Source: an uncultured Deinococcales bacterium (lineage in GTDB: Bacteria > Deinococcota > Deinococci > Deinococcales > JAAFIG01). From it: 10,000 nucleotides of DNA. Below the pieces are notes generated by a model. That model did not search any database and had not been told where the DNA came from. It saw only the letters and a list, made by a program, of their open reading frames with translations. Of the stretch, positions 6,304 through 10,000 are shown piece by piece (the stretch's first letter is position 1; each line of letters opens with the position of its first letter). The DNA is taken from assembly GCA_964247135.1 (NCBI GenBank), contig CAXTTL010000183.1:1-10000 (forward strand). Direction: 5' to 3'. Both the position numbers and the translations under genes were made by a program.

Positions 6304-6312
6304 TGATAGTAT
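6304..6312 (+). promoter_or_regulatory. Candidate extended -10 (TGaTAGTAT) for the cox cluster
   Basis: TG-n-TAnnnT 35 nt upstream of the coxG ATG; SD AGGAGGA at 6334-6340. Confidence 0.4.
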
Positions 6313-6347
6313 TTTTGGAGTCAGAACAAAAACAGGAGGAATTCACC

Positions 6348-6797
6348 ATGCTTCTCGAGGGAAGTCATTTCATTCATTTGCCCCCAAATCGCGTTTTTGC
6401 ACTTTTGAACGACCCCGACGTGCTTTCCAGATGCGTGCCAGGCGTCAAAAGTTTGGTCGTTGACGGTACGGATTCTTACAAAGCCCAAGTTGAGGTGGCG
6501 ATTGGTCCTGTCAAGGGCAAATTTGACGGCAAAATTGCCATCACCGAAAAGGTGCAAGACCAAAGCATGACTTTAAAAGTCGAATTTAAATCGCCGGTCG
6601 GCATTGCCAACGCGCTCGGAACACTCAAACTCGAGCCTGAAAATGATGGCACCACCGTTCACTGGGCGGGCGAACCACAGCTCATGGGCATGATCGCCAG
6701 CGTCGGCGCACGGCTTATTGGTGGCGTGGCAAAAGTACAAGCCGATTTGTTTTTCTCCAAACTCGAGCAAGAGGCACAAACCCTTGCCAGCATTTGA
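6348..6797 (+). CDS. coxG: CoxG-like SRPBCC domain protein, 149 aa
   Basis: MLLEGSHFI...VFALLNDPDVLSRCVPG...IGPVKGKFDG...GMIASVGARLIGGVAK.QADLFF is typical of CoxG. Start moved to ATG 6348 after AGGAGGA; directly upstream of coxS/coxL. Confidence 0.9.
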   Translation: MLLEGSHFIHLPPNRVFALLNDPDVLSRCVPGVKSLVVDGTDSYKAQVEVAIGPVKGKFDGKIAITEKVQDQSMTLKVEFKSPVGIANALGTLKLEPENDGTTVHWAGEPQLMGMIASVGARLIGGVAKVQADLFFSKLEQEAQTLASI

Positions 6798-6888
6798 AGG
6801 TCGCAGGAGTGAATCCGCATGAACACAAGTTGAATTTCACCTCGAGCGGCGCAGGTTTTGAATTGTTTATTTTCAAGGAGGCTAGAAC

Positions 6889-7401
6889 ATGGCACAAGTG
6901 GTTGCAGTAACAATGACCGTCAACGGCGTGAAATCCACACACCATCCCGAACCGCGCACGCTCTTGGTGCATTATTTGCGCGAAAAACTGGGTTTGACCG
7001 GCACGCACGTGGGTTGTGACACCAGTCAATGCGGCGCGTGTACCGTCCATGTCGACGGCATGGCGGTGAAATCGTGCACCATGTTTGCGGTGCAAGCCGA
7101 AGGTGCTGTCATCACCACCATCGAAGGCATGGGCGAGGTTGGGCATTTGCACGCCCTGCAAAGCGGTTTCTGGGAAGAGCACGGTCTGCAATGCGGGTTT
7201 TGCACCCCAGGCATGATCATGAGTTCCGCCGATCTGCTGAGTCATAACCCCAACCCGAGCGAGTCTGAGATTCGTCACGCGCTCGAGGGGAATTTTTGCA
7301 GGTGCACGGGTTATCACAACATCGTCAAAGCTGTGCAAAATGCGGCACATAGCATGGCGCAGACGACAGCGCACAACATGGCGCAGGCGGCAGACGATTA
7401 A
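6889..7401 (+). CDS. coxS: Two [2Fe-2S] cluster small subunit of a xanthine-oxidase-family molybdoenzyme (CoxS/CutS), 170 aa
   Basis: [12 protein letters not shown]...[11 protein letters not shown] and CRCTGY cysteine motifs; SD AAGGAGG upstream. Confidence 0.96.
   Translation: MAQVVAVTMTVNGVKSTHHPEPRTLLVHYLREKLGLTGTHVGCDTSQCGACTVHVDGMAVKSCTMFAVQAEGAVITTIEGMGEVGHLHALQSGFWEEHGLQCGFCTPGMIMSSADLLSHNPNPSESEIRHALEGNFCRCTGYHNIVKAVQNAAHSMAQTTAHNMAQAADD
7345..7392 (+). repeat. Degenerate 24-nt tandem duplication at the coxS 3' end (AHSMAQTT / AHNMAQAA)
   Basis: gcacatagcatggcgcagacgaca vs gcgcacaacatggcgcaggcggca, 19/24 identical. Confidence 0.7.
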
Positions 7402-7428
7402 GCCAAAACCTTTTGCGACGACCTCAAA
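7398..7428 (+). repeat. ~30-bp dispersed element, copy 1 (overlaps coxS stop)
   Basis: TTAAGCCAAAACCTTTTGCGACGACCTCAAA; 26/31 aligned identity to 9908-9937. Confidence 0.7.
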
Positions 7429-7529
7429 GCTCAAGATTGATAACAAGTTTGAAATTGAAAAAACCCGAGCTTCAAGTTTTCACCGCTCGAGCACTTTGGT
7501 TTCTCGAGACAGCGTTTAAGGAGAAGTCC

Positions 7530-9896
7530 ATGACCGAAAAATTTTTTGGCAAAGCCGTGAAACGCGTCGAAGACCCGCGTTTTATCACGGGCGCAGGAAA
7601 TTATACCGACGATATTGTGCTCCATAACATGACCTACGCGGCGATGGTGCGCTCGCCCTATGCGCACGCAAAAATCAATTCGATTGACGCCTCGGCGGCT
7701 TTGGCGCTGCCTGGTGTGCTGGCGGTCTTGACGGGCAAAGATTTGGTGGCGGCTGGCATCAACCCGATTCCGCCAGGTTGGTTGCTGCCCGACATCAAAA
7801 TCTCGGCGCACCACGCAATCCAACCCGAAAAGGTCAGCCACGTCGGCAACATTGTGGCTGCCGTGATTGCCGAAACCCGAGCGATTGCCGAGGATGCGGT
7901 CGCATTGGTAGACGTCGATTACGAGATGCTGCCCGCCGTGGCATTGGGCAGTACCGCATTGGCTGAGGGCGCATCGCAAGTGCATGAAAATGCACCTGGC
8001 AACGTGGCGTTCCAATGGGAAATTGGCGATTCCGCCGCCGTGGACGCCGAATTCGCCAAAGCCTTCAAAACCGTCGAAGTCAAACTTCGCAACCACAGGC
8101 TCGTGCCAAACGCCATCGAACCACGCTCGAGCCTGGCGGATTACAAACGCGCCGGCGATGAGTACACGCTCTACACGACCAGCCAAAATCCGCACATTCA
8201 CCGCGTCATGCTGGGCGCGTTTATCATGGGCATCCCAGAGCACAAATTGCGAATTGTTTCGCCCGATGTCGGCGGCGGTTTTGGCAGCAAAATCTTCCAA
8301 TACCCTGAAGAAGTAATTGTGCTGTTTGCCTCCAAAAAAATAAACCGCCCTGTTAAATGGACGGCGACCCGTTCGGAATCGTTCGTTTCCGATGCGCAGG
8401 GACGCGACCACGAGACGGTTGCTCAAATGTGCGTGGACGCCAACCACAAGGTGCTGGCGTTGCGCGTCAAAACCATCGCCAACCTCGGCGCGTTCCTGAC
8501 CACCTTTGCGCCAGCCGTGCCAACGTACTTGTACGGCACACTCATGAACGGCACGTACAAATGGAAAGCCATTCACTGTGCCGTGACTGGCACGTACACC
8601 AACACCGTCGGCGTGGATGCCTACCGTGGCGCGGGACGCCCAGAAGCCACGTATGTGCTCGAGCGCATCATGAGCCGCATGGCGCTCGAGCTTGGTGTTG
8701 ATCCGCTCGAGTTCAGGCGCAAGAATTTTATTCAACCCGACGAATTCCCGTATCAGACTCCAGTTGCGTTGCAATACGACTCTGGCAATTACGAACCCGC
8801 GATGGACAAAGCCATGCAGATGCTCGATTACGCAAAGCTCCGAGCAGAGCAAGCCGAAGGGCGTAAAAACGGCAAATACATCGGCATTGGGGTTTCGACC
8901 TACCTCGAGGCTTGCGGGCTTGCCCCAAGCGCCCTGGTGGGCAGCCTGGGCGCTCAGGCGGGGCAATGGGAGTCGGCACTCGTTCGGGTCAGCGCCACGG
9001 GCAAGGTCGAGGTCTTGACGGGTTCGCACAGCCACGGGCAAGGTCACGAAACCGCGTTCGCGCAGGTGGTTGCCGACGAACTGCAAATTCCAATGGAAGA
9101 CGTCAGCATCGTTCACGGCGACACCGCAAGACTGCCGCACGGTTGGGGGTCTTACGGCTCGAGAAGCGCCCCCGTGGGCTTGAGCGCGATCAAAATGGCA
9201 TCGGACAAGATCAACGACAAAGCCAAGAAAATTGCCGCGCACCTGCTCGAGGCGAGCGTGGACGACATCGTTCACGAGGACGGCAAATTCCAAGTCAAGG
9301 GCGTGCCCGAAAAATCCAAATCCTTCTTCGACGTGGCACTCATGGCGCACCTGGCGCACAATTACCCAGCCGACCTCGAGCCAGGACTGGAAGCCACGCA
9401 TTTTTACGACCCGAAAAACTTCGTCTATCCGTTCGGTACGCACCTTGCCGTGGTTGAAGTGGATGCCAACACCGGACACGTTCAGCTCATTCGTTACGTC
9501 TGCGTCGATGACTGCGGTCCGATTATCAACCCACTCATCGTCGAGGGGCAAGTTCACGGCGGCGTCGCCCAAGGCATGGGACAGGCACTCCTCGAGAACA
9601 CCGTTTACGACGACAACGGACAACTGACCAGCGGCTCGTACCTCGAGTACACCATGCCGCGAGCCGACAACATGGTTCAACTCGAGATAGGTCATACCGT
9701 CACGCCCAGCCCGCACAACCCGCTCGGCTTGAAGGGCATCGGCGAGGCAGGCACGATCTCGAGCACTGCCGCGATTGCCAATGCCGTGATCGACGCGCTC
9801 GAGCCGTTTGGCGTGAAACACCTCGATATGCCCTACACCGCCGAGAAGGTCTGGCGGGCGATCAGCTCGAGCCTGCCACAAGCCGCAAACGACTAG
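7530..9896 (+). CDS. coxL: Molybdopterin-binding large subunit, xanthine dehydrogenase family; form II CoxL/CutL-like (788 aa)
   Basis: KRVEDPRFITGAG.Y.DD, RSPYAHA, VGGGFGSK, AYRGAGRPEA (AYRGAGR at 8619-8639), HGQGHET, GSRS, EGQVHGG..QG.G, KGIGEAG. Start moved to ATG 7530 after AAGGAG. Confidence 0.95.
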   Translation: MTEKFFGKAVKRVEDPRFITGAGNYTDDIVLHNMTYAAMVRSPYAHAKINSIDASAALALPGVLAVLTGKDLVAAGINPIPPGWLLPDIKISAHHAIQPEKVSHVGNIVAAVIAETRAIAEDAVALVDVDYEMLPAVALGSTALAEGASQVHENAPGNVAFQWEIGDSAAVDAEFAKAFKTVEVKLRNHRLVPNAIEPRSSLADYKRAGDEYTLYTTSQNPHIHRVMLGAFIMGIPEHKLRIVSPDVGGGFGSKIFQYPEEVIVLFASKKINRPVKWTATRSESFVSDAQGRDHETVAQMCVDANHKVLALRVKTIANLGAFLTTFAPAVPTYLYGTLMNGTYKWKAIHCAVTGTYTNTVGVDAYRGAGRPEATYVLERIMSRMALELGVDPLEFRRKNFIQPDEFPYQTPVALQYDSGNYEPAMDKAMQMLDYAKLRAEQAEGRKNGKYIGIGVSTYLEACGLAPSALVGSLGAQAGQWESALVRVSATGKVEVLTGSHSHGQGHETAFAQVVADELQIPMEDVSIVHGDTARLPHGWGSYGSRSAPVGLSAIKMASDKINDKAKKIAAHLLEASVDDIVHEDGKFQVKGVPEKSKSFFDVALMAHLAHNYPADLEPGLEATHFYDPKNFVYPFGTHLAVVEVDANTGHVQLIRYVCVDDCGPIINPLIVEGQVHGGVAQGMGQALLENTVYDDNGQLTSGSYLEYTMPRADNMVQLEIGHTVTPSPHNPLGLKGIGEAGTISSTAAIANAVIDALEPFGVKHLDMPYTAEKVWRAISSSLPQAAND

Positions 9897-9907
9897 AGCT
9901 ATAAGCC

Positions 9908-9937
9908 TTAAGCCAAACCCTATTGCGCCGTCTCAAA
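9908..9937 (+). repeat. ~30-bp dispersed element, copy 2 (11 nt after coxL stop)
   Basis: TTAAGCCAAACCCTATTGCGCCGTCTCAAA; matches 7398-7428. Confidence 0.7.
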
Positions 9938-10000
9938 AAGAGCAGAAGCCTGTCCTAAAACGAATGCAAACCCCACTCAGAAAATTCGAGTAAATGCTTT

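Larger units (their letters stand above)
86..9871. repeat. Highly iterated palindrome CTCGAG (XhoI site), about 58 dispersed copies
   Basis: Hand count of about 58 exact copies versus roughly 2-4 expected at random. Examples: 86, 104, 197, 275, 606, 839, 1239, 3129, 4156, 4176, 4680, 5285, 6199, 7486, 7503, 8658, 8685, 8706, 9866. Confidence 0.95.

Noticed and set aside
7431-9881. 816-aa antisense ORF spanning coxL
   Set aside because: Codon-register mirror of a strongly biased gene (few TTA/CTA/TCA sense codons); no recognisable motifs.
7530-9896. Calling the locus an aerobic CO-oxidation system
   Set aside because: Lacks the form I AYXCSFR motif and the coxMSL order.
9882-9896. AAND at the CoxL end as a tmRNA tag remnant
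   Set aside because: Only four residues match the start of the ssrA tag, there is no tmRNA structure, and it is better explained by the shared QAAxD tail.

Overview
Chromosomal, moderately GC-rich bacterial DNA, most likely Deinococcota. This is inferred from three TAnnnT-N6/7-ATG leaderless starts, an E3-binding-domain protein of a type I associate with this phylum, and extreme CTCGAG over-representation. Gene order: pgeF/yfiH (minus, runs off the left edge, absent from the supplied ORF track); a divergent 613-aa 'pseudo-E2' protein (E3-binding domain, ~410-aa acidic Pro-rich linker, degenerate acyltransferase-like C-terminus with no lipoyl domain or catalytic His); a serine-palmitoyltransferase-like alpha-oxoamine synthase; a GyrI-like protein; a small lipoprotein; an NmrA-like oxidoreductase; and a coxG-coxS-coxL molybdoenzyme cluster with a form II (AYRGAGR) large subunit. 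Most notable signals: (1) about 58 hand-counted CTCGAG palindromes in all frames, in spacers and in a terminator stem; (2) the apparently inactive E2-like scaffold; (3) an SPT-like enzyme with active-site-region substitutions; (4) a shared C-terminal QAA[D/N]D tail on CoxS and CoxL, each followed by the same ~30-bp DNA element. No mobile elements, RNA genes or CRISPR arrays were recognised. Family calls come from motif recognition, not database searches.
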